The notes under the pieces: generated by a model
The model's input: only the letters and a program-made list of their open reading frames with translations
Told to the model about the DNA's origin: nothing
Databases searched by the model: none
Shown: positions 42,740-52,103 of the stretch, one piece after another
Numbering within the stretch: position 1 is the first letter of the stretch
Layout: each line of letters begins with the position of its first letter
Source of the DNA: Vicinamibacterales bacterium
GTDB taxonomy: Bacteria; Acidobacteriota; Vicinamibacteria; Vicinamibacterales; UBA2999
NCBI GenBank assembly: GCA_050748045.1
Contig: JBOGIW010000339.1
Location: 1-63,622, forward strand
DNA: 63,622 bases
Direction: 5' to 3'
Position numbers and translations under genes: made by a program

Positions 42740-45700
42740 TTAGAAGAGGAACCGGACGCCGATGCGCGCGCGGACCGGAGCCTCGATGAGCTCGGGCAAC
42801 AGATAGTTCACGAACTCGATCCGCTGAGCCTGCACGTGCGTGACGGCGCTGCTGTTGAAGACGTTGAGCACATCGAGCAGCACGCCCAGCCGGCGATCCG
42901 TGCCGACCGAGAACGTCTTCTCGGCGCGGAGATTGAGCATGTTACGGAAGTCGACACGCCGCGATCCGCGCGGGTCGATCGGCAGCGTGACCGAGCTTTC
43001 GGTGTACTGGACGCCGGCGGCGTTCACCGCGGGATAGTCCCTCCCGCGGATGAACTGGAAATACGACGAGCCGCCGAAGCCGCCGCCGATCTCGCTGACG
43101 AACGAGCGGATCGGATAGCCCGTCATCCCGAGGTACGACAGACCGAGGATGACGCCAGCCGGCGCGTGAAAGGAGCCGCTCATCTTGAACTGGTGGGTCG
43201 AGTCGAGCGACAGCGGACCGGCCGAATTGATCAACTGGTTGGGATTGGTCACCGAGCGGCCGATGCCGTCGTTGAAATGCGTCCCGATGTTGCCGGTCGC
43301 CTCACCGACGAGATACGACCCCAGCATCTGCCATCGGTTGCTGAACCGCTTGCGCGCCACGAGCTCCACACCGCGGTAGCTGGCCTCGGCCTCCGGTGGA
43401 TTGGACAGGAACGTCTGGGTCGGCAGCGACGCCAGATGCGGCTTCTGGAGGTAGATGGTCATCGGCTCGCTCGTCACAGGGTTGGCTACCTGCACGGGAT
43501 CGTAGAACTGGTCGAACGGCCGGCGGCTCGGGTCGAGTGAGCCGATCACGTCGCCGTACTTCTTGTAGATCCCCTGCACCCCCACCGAGAAGTCCGCGGT
43601 CAGCCCGACCTCGAAGCCGAAGTTGAACGCATCGACATACGGCTGTCTCAAGTTGGGATCGTGCGTGACGACGTTCGCGAACCGCGCGGGCGAGAGGACG
43701 TTGGTCGCAAGAAGCCGTCCGAGCTCCTCCGGCTGGAACAGGAGGTCGCCGTTGACCTGGCTCGCTGGAAGGCCCTGACACAGAATCGGCGTGCCTGCGG
43801 CGTTGCGGCAGTCGAGCCAGTCATGCCGCGCGCTGCGGAGGCTGTTCGGGTTACCGCTCCCAACTTCCTGTCCCACCTTGCTGTGCCACCGCCCGTAGCT
43901 CGCTTTCACCACGAAGCGGGACGTACCGCTGGCATCCCACGTCATGCCGAGGCGCGGCGCCACGCTCTTCCAGTCGATCAGACCGCGCCGTTCGGGCCAG
44001 ACCTGGCTCGGGAACCAGGCGATCGTCGGAAACGTGTTGCTGTTGCCGTCTTCGTCCGGGTCGAAGCCGTTCGGCACGAGGTCGGCGCCCTGCCGCTGCT
44101 CCGGCGTCCATCCGTCCGTGCGCTCGAATCGAAGGCCGAGATTGAGTGTCAGCCCGTTCCTGAACGACCACTGATCCTGGGCGTACGCGTTGTACATCAG
44201 GTACTCGTCCTGCGTGTCGGCCGGGCCCGCGTGGAGCGCCACGTCGAGCGGCACGGCGCAGTCGAGAGACAGGCAGGTGGGAGCGCTCCTGAGGCGCAGC
44301 AGCAGGTTGTTCGGAATGACGTTCCAGCGCTGCGTCCACCCCTTCTCGCGGTGGAAGCCGGCCTTGATCTCGTGCGTGCCGCCCAGGAACGTGCCGGCGA
44401 AGTAGGTCATATTCGCCTTCAGATCCCAATGATCGCGTCCGTCGAAGCGGCCGCGCGCCCGATCCCACGTGCCGTAATTGACGCCGCTGCCGATGTCCGC
44501 ATAGCCGTTCACTTCCGACGGATCAAACGAGCCCAGCGGGAACGTGTTGTCCTCGACCACCTTCAGCATGCCCCCCTGCGCTTCCAGCATGAGGTTCCTG
44601 CCGAGCACCGACGTCCACTGAAGGCTCGTCAGCTTCGGCAGCCAGTACTGTTTGCGCCACGCGCGAGGATCGAGCCGGTAGTCGGCCCCTGGATTCGATG
44701 GAAGCATCCAGCGCCGCTGGTGATTGAAGGAGCCCGAGAACCGGTTGTTCGGGGAGACCTGCCAGGTCCCTTTCGCGAAGATCAGGCGCTTGGAGTCTTC
44801 CACGTTCGCCAGAGGGAAGCCGGCGATGCTCTCCTCGCTCCTGGCGAGATTGAGGTCCCCGAAGAACCAGAGCTTCTGCCTGAGGATCGGTCCGCCGAGG
44901 TTCACGCCGTAGTTCAAGTCTCTCACGATGGCGTTGCCACGATCGATCCCCTGGCGCTCGAGGTCGGACGTCACGTTGTCTCCCTGAAGCGCCTCGTCAA
45001 CCAGGTAGGAATACAGCGTTCCCTTGAACTGGTCGCCGCCCGACTTGGTCACGAAGGTGAACACGCCTCCGCTCGCCTGGCCGAACTCCGCCGAGATGCC
45101 GCCGGTCGTCACCTGCACCTCTTCGATCGCTTCGATCGAGAACTCGGTGCCCGAATACCCGGAGGGATGCTTCGTGCTCTGGCCGTCGATGACGTAATCG
45201 TTGTCGCGCACACCGCTGCCGTGCACGGTCTGCGTCAGCGAGTACGTGTATTTGCTTCCGTCAGTGATGCCGGGCAGTGCGTTGATCACGTCGGCGTACG
45301 TCCGGCCGCTCATCGGCACCTCCTCGATGAGCTTCGTGTCCACGGTGTGGACCTGCCGCGTGCTCCGCGTATCGACGATGGGCGACTCGCCGACGACGGT
45401 GACCGATTCCTCGATGGCCGAAACGGCCAGCGCGAAATCGGTGCCGATCTGAGCCCCGGCCTGTGCCGTCACGCGCTCGCGGATCATGGTGTTGAAACCG
45501 GACAGTTCAACCTTGATGGTGTAGGTCCCGGGCGGCAGGTTCGGGATGCGCCATTCGCCGCTCGCATCGGTGACCGTTGATTGTTCCCCGGTGATGAGCT
45601 GGGGACTGGCGATGGTGACCGCGACGCCCGGCAGCACCCCACCGCTCGCGTCAGTGACCCGTCCGTACAGCGTCACCGAACGACCCTGAGCCGCAGCATC

Positions 45701-45793
45701 GATCGTCAGTGGGCCTACAAGAAGCAGGAGAGACGCGAGAAGCGCACGAAAAACGCCGGCTGCGAACCTCGTCTTCGACTTTCCCGAGAGCAT
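42740..45793 (-). CDS. TonB-dependent receptor with N-terminal carboxypeptidase-regulatory-like domain
   Basis: GRVTDASGGVLPGVAVTI...TDASGEWRIPNLPPGTYTIKVELSGF, then a plug region and a ~800 aa barrel ending RIGVRFLF. Start at MLSGKSK (45793). Confidence 0.88.
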   Translation of the reverse strand: MLSGKSKTRFAAGVFRALLASLLLLVGPLTIDAAAQGRSVTLYGRVTDASGGVLPGVAVTIASPQLITGEQSTVTDASGEWRIPNLPPGTYTIKVELSGFNTMIRERVTAQAGAQIGTDFALAVSAIEESVTVVGESPIVDTRSTRQVHTVDTKLIEEVPMSGRTYADVINALPGITDGSKYTYSLTQTVHGSGVRDNDYVIDGQSTKHPSGYSGTEFSIEAIEEVQVTTGGISAEFGQASGGVFTFVTKSGGDQFKGTLYSYLVDEALQGDNVTSDLERQGIDRGNAIVRDLNYGVNLGGPILRQKLWFFGDLNLARSEESIAGFPLANVEDSKRLIFAKGTWQVSPNNRFSGSFNHQRRWMLPSNPGADYRLDPRAWRKQYWLPKLTSLQWTSVLGRNLMLEAQGGMLKVVEDNTFPLGSFDPSEVNGYADIGSGVNYGTWDRARGRFDGRDHWDLKANMTYFAGTFLGGTHEIKAGFHREKGWTQRWNVIPNNLLLRLRSAPTCLSLDCAVPLDVALHAGPADTQDEYLMYNAYAQDQWSFRNGLTLNLGLRFERTDGWTPEQRQGADLVPNGFDPDEDGNSNTFPTIAWFPSQVWPERRGLIDWKSVAPRLGMTWDASGTSRFVVKASYGRWHSKVGQEVGSGNPNSLRSARHDWLDCRNAAGTPILCQGLPASQVNGDLLFQPEELGRLLATNVLSPARFANVVTHDPNLRQPYVDAFNFGFEVGLTADFSVGVQGIYKKYGDVIGSLDPSRRPFDQFYDPVQVANPVTSEPMTIYLQKPHLASLPTQTFLSNPPEAEASYRGVELVARKRFSNRWQMLGSYLVGEATGNIGTHFNDGIGRSVTNPNQLINSAGPLSLDSTHQFKMSGSFHAPAGVILGLSYLGMTGYPIRSFVSEIGGGFGGSSYFQFIRGRDYPAVNAAGVQYTESSVTLPIDPRGSRRVDFRNMLNLRAEKTFSVGTDRRLGVLLDVLNVFNSSAVTHVQAQRIEFVNYLLPELIEAPVRARIGVRFLF

Positions 45794-45918
45794 CACTTCC
45801 TCCTCGATGGCCTGGAACCGCGGCCATGGGCCCTGGCGAGAAACTCCACCTCTTTCCCTGATGTCCCGAATTTCTACTCTTCGCAGCCGCGGGCCAGAAG
45901 GGACAGACAACACAGCCG

Positions 45919-45951
45919 AAGAAAACTGTCCTGTGACGGGCTGGTGACAGG
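45919..45951 (-). terminator. Intrinsic-terminator-like hairpin plus U-tract after the RraA-like gene
   Basis: The minus-strand RNA reads CCUGUCAC-CAGCCC-GUCACAGG (7 of 8 positions pair) followed by ACAGUUUUCUU. It starts 8 nt after the stop. Confidence 0.45.
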
Positions 45952-45958
45952 TGTGCCG

Positions 45959-46723
45959 TCACGCCTTCCGCGATACTGCGCGCATGAACCGTCGCATCCT
46001 ATGGGCCGTCGACCGACCAGTCGCCAGCGCCCGCGCGACCTTGGCCCGCCGCGCGCAGATGCGCCACGTCTCCTCCACCATCTCCAGGGGCACGATGGCA
46101 ATGCCCTGGTCGTCCGCCACGACCAGATCGCCCGGCCTGACCTGGACGCCGCCGCACGACACGACGGCGTTGATATCCATCGTCTCCACGCGATGGTTCC
46201 CCGTGAGGGTCGTCGCACCTCGCGCCCAGACGGGATATCCCAGCCCAACCATCTCGGCGACGCCTGTCACCGGCCCGTCGACGATGGCGCCGGCGCACCG
46301 CCGCTCTTGGGCCGCGCGTACCGAATGTCCGCCCATGTTCGACGCGTCCATCCGGCCGCCGCCGTCGATGACGATGACGTCGCCCGGACGCGCGACGAAG
46401 TAAGCGTCACGCTCGCCCATCAGGCTCCCTTCGGCCCGCTGCCACTTCCGGTACGGCACGAATCGATCGGGGACGTTCCTGACGGTGATGGCTGGCCCGA
46501 CGAGGCGCTGCCTCGACGCGATCGGTGCGATGACGTGCGCGGGGATCGCGCCTCGCACACCCAGCTCATCGAGGGCGCGGCTGACGAGCCCCGCCAGGTC
46601 GTGCAGCTCCAGAAACCGGGCGATCAGCCGGGCCGGCGGCCGCCTCACGGTCAGCAGGCGGATGCGGTCGCGCGGGACGATGCCGGGCAGGCGCCGGCCG
46701 CGTGAGGACGAGGATGGTGGCAT
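45959..46723 (-). CDS. RraA-family protein (RraA / 4-hydroxy-4-methyl-2-oxoglutarate aldolase-like)
   Basis: VGPAITVR...PGDVIVIDGGGRMDASNMGGHSVRAAQERRCAGAIVDGPVTG...GYPVWARG, typical of the family. Confidence 0.8.
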   Translation of the reverse strand: MPPSSSSRGRRLPGIVPRDRIRLLTVRRPPARLIARFLELHDLAGLVSRALDELGVRGAIPAHVIAPIASRQRLVGPAITVRNVPDRFVPYRKWQRAEGSLMGERDAYFVARPGDVIVIDGGGRMDASNMGGHSVRAAQERRCAGAIVDGPVTGVAEMVGLGYPVWARGATTLTGNHRVETMDINAVVSCGGVQVRPGDLVVADDQGIAIVPLEMVEETWRICARRAKVARALATGRSTAHRMRRFMRAVSRKA

Positions 46724-46740
46724 GAGGCACGACTCTCTTT

Positions 46741-48390
46741 CTATTCGCGCTGGACGGCCGCCACGTCCTCGACCACGACGCCGCCATGGGCCCTGTACTC
46801 CGCGGGATCCACGAGCGCCTCGATGACCACCGGGCCGCGTACGCTCGAGGCTTCCTCGAGCGCACGGTCGAGACCCTCGAGCGAATCGACCCTGCGCGAC
46901 CAGGCGCCGAGCGCCCGGCAGGCGGCGGCGAAATCAACCGGTCCGTACTCGACGCCGTAGTTCGGATACCGCTTCTTCTCCTGTGACACCTGGATGAGGC
47001 TCAGGCTGCTGTCGTTGTAAACGACCGTTACGAATGGAATGTCATGCCTGACGCACGTCTCGACGTCGGCGAGCCGCATGCCGAAGCCTCCGTCGCCGAT
47101 CGTGCAGAGCACCGGCCTGGTCGGGAATAGGAGCCGGGCCGCCATGGCAGCGGCAAAGCCATACCCCATCGCCGACAAGCCGTTGGACTCGAAGAACGAG
47201 AGCGGCTCAAACGACGCCCATGCCTGGGAGGTCACCGATTTGATGGATCCCACGTCGGTGGTCAGAATGGTGTCCCGTGGAAATCGCGCGCGCAGCCTCT
47301 CCGTGAGCTCGCACGGCGAGAGCCTGCCGGCGGGTCGGCTCGACGGTTGGAGCGTGGCCGCCATCTCGCGACGGAAGTCGGCCAGCTCCGCCGCCTGCCA
47401 CTCGAACGGCCCCGACGCGGCCCGCTCGATCGCGCCGAGGGTCGTGCTGACCTCGCCAATGACCTCGAGGGCGGGCCGGTACTGCCCGGCGGCCACCGAG
47501 ACCGGCCCGATGGACGCAAGGCGCATCGTGTAGTGCCACAGCTTGTCGGATTCCACCGGTTCGAAGCCGACGCCGACGAGCAGGTCCGCGCGCTCGAACA
47601 ACCGCACGATCACGTGGTCGGCGGCGACTCCGGCGCACACGCCGAAGAAGAGGGGGTGATCCTCGGAGAGGATGCCCTTGGCCTTCGGCGTCACGAACAC
47701 GGGCACGCCCAGATGATCGACAAATCGGCGTACGCCCGGCGTGTCAACCCGGGGATTGAGATCGAGGCCGAGAATCAGGATCGGACGCTTCGCGCTTCGG
47801 AGAGCCGCGACGACCCGCTGGATGTCGTCGGGACGGGGCGCCGGCGGCGGCGGCGGCTCCAGGGGCTGCGAGTCTTCGTCAGCCGTCGCAAGATCGATCC
47901 GCCGCGCCACGTCGCTCGGCAGCGCGACGTGGACCGGGCCCATCCTGGGCGCGATGCTGGTTCGGTACGCCTGTCGCACCTTCGCGGCCGTGTTCGTGCC
48001 GTCAAGCGTGACCGTGCTCTTGGTGAACGGCCGGTACACGGCGTTGAGATCGAGGTTCTGGTGCGTCGCGTATGGCTCGATCGACGCCGCCATCGACGCG
48101 GTGATCGCGATGAGCGGCGAGCGATCGAGATAAGCATTGGCGACGCCGAGCGTCATGTTGATCGCGCCCGGGCCGAGCGTCGAGACGCAGACGCCTGGCC
48201 TGCGCTGGATCTGCCCTGTGACGTCGGCCATGAACGACGCCGTGCTCTCGTCGCGCGTCAGCACAAACTCGATGCCCTCGCGCCTCGCGGCGTCGATGAA
48301 ATCGAGAATCTCCCCTCCAGGCAATCCGAACATCCGCGTGATGCCAGCTTCACGCAGCGTACGGGCGAACACTTCAGCACAGGTCGACAT
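46741..48390 (-). CDS. Thiamine-diphosphate-dependent enzyme (acetolactate synthase-like large-subunit family)
   Basis: N-terminus FARTLREAGITRMFGLPGGEILDFIDA...STLGPGAINM and a ThDP motif region GDGGFGM. Start at MSTCAEV (48390). Confidence 0.82.
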   Translation of the reverse strand: MSTCAEVFARTLREAGITRMFGLPGGEILDFIDAARREGIEFVLTRDESTASFMADVTGQIQRRPGVCVSTLGPGAINMTLGVANAYLDRSPLIAITASMAASIEPYATHQNLDLNAVYRPFTKSTVTLDGTNTAAKVRQAYRTSIAPRMGPVHVALPSDVARRIDLATADEDSQPLEPPPPPAPRPDDIQRVVAALRSAKRPILILGLDLNPRVDTPGVRRFVDHLGVPVFVTPKAKGILSEDHPLFFGVCAGVAADHVIVRLFERADLLVGVGFEPVESDKLWHYTMRLASIGPVSVAAGQYRPALEVIGEVSTTLGAIERAASGPFEWQAAELADFRREMAATLQPSSRPAGRLSPCELTERLRARFPRDTILTTDVGSIKSVTSQAWASFEPLSFFESNGLSAMGYGFAAAMAARLLFPTRPVLCTIGDGGFGMRLADVETCVRHDIPFVTVVYNDSSLSLIQVSQEKKRYPNYGVEYGPVDFAAACRALGAWSRRVDSLEGLDRALEEASSVRGPVVIEALVDPAEYRAHGGVVVEDVAAVQRE

Positions 48391-48455
48391 CCAGCACCTC
48401 CACCAACGAGACCGTACCGACCACGGCTGTTCGCCCGCGGGGGCGTCCTGGGCCA

Positions 48456-49469
48456 TCAGAAGGGCTGAGCATCCGAACCGGCGTCCTGCGGCAGCAGCCC
48501 GCGCGCGCGGTAGAACCGCTCCGCGCCGGGGTGCAGCGGGACCGGCACTTCGTCCGGCAGGTCCGCCGGATCCCACCGCTCGAAGCCAGGGTGCACCTTT
48601 CGCAGGTAATCCTGATGCTCATAGAGTGCTTTCGTCACGGCGTAGACGATGGACTCGTCGACCGCGTCGACGGTGAACAGCAGGCTCGGCAGCGCCACAG
48701 TTTCCACCGTGTAGTCCTGGTTCGGGTAGCTGCCAGGGGCCACGGTCAGGTCCACGAACCCCCATCGCTCCGCCATCGTCTTCCGCAGCCCGGCGGGAAC
48801 CGAGAGAAACCGTGCCGGACGGGTCACCATCAGCTCGGTGAGCTGCGGCGACGGGTCATTGACGAACGTGAAGACGGCGTCGAGCCGCTCGTCCTTCCAA
48901 TCGTCGAATCGCTGACCCGTGCCGGACAGGCGCAGGGCGTGCCCGCGCTGCTGCCAGCGGTCCAGGGTCACGTGCTTCACGTCCAGAATTGCGGTGAGGC
49001 AGAAGAGCTCGCCCGAGCCCGGCGGGCCGCTGCCCAGACGAATGGTCCGCTCGAGCGACACCAGGTCCTCGACGGTCTCCAACTGGAGATCACGTTCGGC
49101 CAGAACGTGCAAGGTGTTGAGCACCAGCGAGGCGACCATTCGCAGCTTTGGCTGCGCCTCGCGGAACGGGGGCTCGCCGCGGTACGCGGCCGTGAGGAAC
49201 GGTCCGTACGAGATGCCGAGGTCCATGCCGGTCATCGAGACGCGAACGGGGTTCGAGACGCCGCCGGCGCCGGGCACGGCCGTGATCGGATGGCCGTTGA
49301 AGGCGAGGTTCGCTTTTTCGGCGAGCGCAGAGCCGATCGTGTACCAGGTGCTGCCGGTGCTGCCCGTGATGATGTTGGTGCGAGGGGCCACGCGTCCGTC
49401 GCGCGCGGCGTCGGCGCATGAGGCGAGGAGCGCACAGGTGGCGATGGCTGCCGCGGATCGGGTCTTCAT
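48456..49469 (-). CDS. TAXI-family TRAP transporter solute-binding protein
   Basis: Lipoprotein-like N-terminus (ALLASCADA), then ITGSTGSTWYTIGSALAEKAN and a C-terminal LHPGAERFYRARGLL, as in TAXI receptors. Confidence 0.78.
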   Translation of the reverse strand: MKTRSAAAIATCALLASCADAARDGRVAPRTNIITGSTGSTWYTIGSALAEKANLAFNGHPITAVPGAGGVSNPVRVSMTGMDLGISYGPFLTAAYRGEPPFREAQPKLRMVASLVLNTLHVLAERDLQLETVEDLVSLERTIRLGSGPPGSGELFCLTAILDVKHVTLDRWQQRGHALRLSGTGQRFDDWKDERLDAVFTFVNDPSPQLTELMVTRPARFLSVPAGLRKTMAERWGFVDLTVAPGSYPNQDYTVETVALPSLLFTVDAVDESIVYAVTKALYEHQDYLRKVHPGFERWDPADLPDEVPVPLHPGAERFYRARGLLPQDAGSDAQPF

Positions 49470-49481
49470 CGGATCGTCCCT

Positions 49482-50615
49482 TCAGTACGCCACGGCGAAG
49501 CGCTCCAGCTTCGCCAGGTCGAGCTCGATGCCGAGGCCGGGCGCGTCCGGGACGGCGAGCGTCACCGCGCTCTCCGGCACCGGCTCCTTGACGATATCGT
49601 CGATCGTGCGCGCGAGGGGCGACCCGTGGATCCCGCGCGCGAACGAGGGCCACGACGCCGCGAAGTGCAGGGCCGCGGCAAGGCCCACGCCTGACGCCGT
49701 GTCGCTGCCGGGCAGCGCGTCCAGGTGAGCGGCTTCGGTCACCGCAAGGAGCTTCCGCGCCACGGTGAAGCCGCCCACGACGGGGAGCTTGATGTGCACG
49801 CCGTCGGCGGCGCGCGCCTTGACGACGGCCAGCAGGTCCTCGACGGTCGTCGCGCTTTCGTCGACAACGATGGGGGTCGTCACCGCCTCGCGCACGTCGC
49901 GCAAGCCCTCGAGCTGGGTGTGGTGCACGGGTTGCTCGATCCACTGTACGCCAAACGGTTCCAGGGCGCGGATCGCGCGGATCGCATCCTTGACGCCGTA
50001 CCCCTCGGTCATGTCGATCTTGAGCGACGGCCCGGACCCGATCGCCGCCCGAACCTTCTCGAGGCGCCGCACGTCCTCGGTGAGGTTGCCCGAGATCTTG
50101 ATCTCGATCTGGGTCAGGCCCAGGTCCGCGGCACGCCGCGCCGCCTCGGCCATCTCGCCAGGCGACATGACCCCGATGCCGTACCCCGGCCCTTCGATCG
50201 GCACGTGGGCAGCCGATCGCCCGCCGAGCAGCGCCCACACGGGCACGTCCAGCAGCTTGCCTGCGAGATCGTGAAGGGCGATGTCGATGCCGCCCTTGGC
50301 AAACGTCTCCCCCAGGCGCGCGCGATTCATGCGCGTCCAGATCTCGTGAACATTCAGGGGATCCGCGCCGAGAATGGCGGGGGCGAGATGATCTCGAATC
50401 GCCAGCGCCGTGCCCACCAGCGAGTTCGAATTGAACTTGTTCGTCGAGAGCGCCTCGCCGATGCCTGTCACGCCGGCGTTGGTCTCGATGCGCACGAGCA
50501 CGTTCTCGAGAGCGTCGAGCGCGCCGATGGCCTGCCAGTGGACCCGCCGATAGGGAATGCGGAACGGGATGGCCGTGACGGCGGTAATGCAGGCGCCGGT
50601 GCGAGCGTGCCTCAC
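49482..50615 (-). CDS. Enolase-superfamily enzyme (MLE-subgroup-like, possibly an amino-acid or dipeptide racemase/epimerase)
   Basis: Metal-ligand pattern KIDMTEGY / WIEQPV / VVDES, plus HIKLPVVGG. The GTG start at 50615 overlaps the M20 stop (GTGA). Confidence 0.75.
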   Translation of the reverse strand: MRHARTGACITAVTAIPFRIPYRRVHWQAIGALDALENVLVRIETNAGVTGIGEALSTNKFNSNSLVGTALAIRDHLAPAILGADPLNVHEIWTRMNRARLGETFAKGGIDIALHDLAGKLLDVPVWALLGGRSAAHVPIEGPGYGIGVMSPGEMAEAARRAADLGLTQIEIKISGNLTEDVRRLEKVRAAIGSGPSLKIDMTEGYGVKDAIRAIRALEPFGVQWIEQPVHHTQLEGLRDVREAVTTPIVVDESATTVEDLLAVVKARAADGVHIKLPVVGGFTVARKLLAVTEAAHLDALPGSDTASGVGLAAALHFAASWPSFARGIHGSPLARTIDDIVKEPVPESAVTLAVPDAPGLGIELDLAKLERFAVAY

Positions 50616-51937
50616 TCCCCTGCCTCGGCCAGCACCCGCATCATGATCTCCGCGTAGATGCGCGCACACTGATAGACGCCGTCGATGTCGACCCACTCGT
50701 CGGGCGCGTGAGCGTTGCCTCCGACGTTCGCGCTCCAACTGATCCACTTCGTGCCGATCCGCCACAGATCCGGGCGACCGCCGCCGCGGCTGCCGACGAA
50801 GCCCGGCGTCCGGCCCAGGCGCGAGATCGAGACCTCGCGGATGGTCCTCACCAGCCGGTCGTCCACCGTGATCGACGTCCAATGGCGATAGGGCACGACC
50901 TGCGTGCCGGGAAGCGTCTCGATGGTCACGTCGATCCGGGGATCGGCGGCCTTCAGCCTCGCCAGCATCGCCTCGAGCTCCCTCATCACGCCCTCGACCG
51001 TCTGCTTCGGATTGAGCCTGATGTCCACCTGCGCGACGGCGCGGTCGGGAATCTGATTCACCGCCTGCCCGGCCTGGATGGTGCCAATCTCCACGCGCGG
51101 CGTGCCGCCCAGGCTGGTAAACAGTGGGTGCTTCTCGAACGTCATCCACGAGTCGACGTCCCCCAGGGCCACCAGCACCTTCGAGAGCGTGGAGGCGGCG
51201 TTCACCCACGGGGTGTCTCCGCCCGGGTGCGCCGACCGGCCCCGCGCGGTGATCCTCAGCCAGATGTGGCCGGCCGCGACCTGCACGATGTCCGGTCCTC
51301 CGTCGGTATCGAGATACCAGTCCGTCTTGATCAAGTCCCTCTGGGTATCGACGACCCGCGGCAGCACGTGGTCCTGGGCGCCTTCTCCGGGAATGTACGC
51401 GTGGACGAGGTCGCCGCGCAGCCGGACCCCTGCGCGCCGCAGCGCGCGCGTGGCGACCAGCAGCGCCGCGATGCCACCCTTCTGATCCGCCGCGCCGAGG
51501 CCGTAGATCCGTCCATCGCGGACCTCGGCACCGTACGGATCGACGCTCCATCGCGTGCGATCGCCCACCGGCACGGTGTTGTAGTGCCCCATCATCCCGA
51601 GCGCCGGGCTACCCGTTTCGCCGCGGAGACGCCCGATGACGATCGGGTAGTGCGGCGTCGGCTCGAGAACGTGCACCGTCATGCCCAGCTTCTTCAACTC
51701 GCCCTCGAGGAACCCGGCGATCTCGCGGTGCACCGCCAGGCGTCCCTCGCTGTACTCGCTCCGAATCCGCACCAGTGCGCGCGTCAGGTCCACGGCCTCC
51801 TGCCGATCGATCGCGGCGAGGACCCGATCGAGGGCCGGCGGCGTCCGGGACGATTGGGCCAGAACGTTCATGGCCAGGCACGCCGCCAGCGCGCCGGTCG
51901 CGAACACCCGCCCGAGGGCCTGGATCGAACCCACCAT
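50612..51937 (-). CDS. M20-family metallopeptidase / deacylase (ArgE/DapE/CPG2-like)
   Basis: LVRIRSEYSEG..., HYNTVPVGD, GLGAADQKGGIAA and PGEG motifs. Start taken at MVGSIQAL (51937). Confidence 0.82.
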   Translation of the reverse strand: MVGSIQALGRVFATGALAACLAMNVLAQSSRTPPALDRVLAAIDRQEAVDLTRALVRIRSEYSEGRLAVHREIAGFLEGELKKLGMTVHVLEPTPHYPIVIGRLRGETGSPALGMMGHYNTVPVGDRTRWSVDPYGAEVRDGRIYGLGAADQKGGIAALLVATRALRRAGVRLRGDLVHAYIPGEGAQDHVLPRVVDTQRDLIKTDWYLDTDGGPDIVQVAAGHIWLRITARGRSAHPGGDTPWVNAASTLSKVLVALGDVDSWMTFEKHPLFTSLGGTPRVEIGTIQAGQAVNQIPDRAVAQVDIRLNPKQTVEGVMRELEAMLARLKAADPRIDVTIETLPGTQVVPYRHWTSITVDDRLVRTIREVSISRLGRTPGFVGSRGGGRPDLWRIGTKWISWSANVGGNAHAPDEWVDIDGVYQCARIYAEIMMRVLAEAGE

Positions 51938-52103
51938 GTGAGATCTCCAACACGACAACCGGCACAGCCCGTCGACTCTCGCGTCAACCGGACACGACGG
52001 CGAGGCGCCGCTGAGCTTCCAGGCGGCGCCACTGCGATGCATACACGGCCGACATCGCCGCCAACCCGCCGAGCAGCCACGGGAGGCTGGAGGCGAGCGA
52101 CGG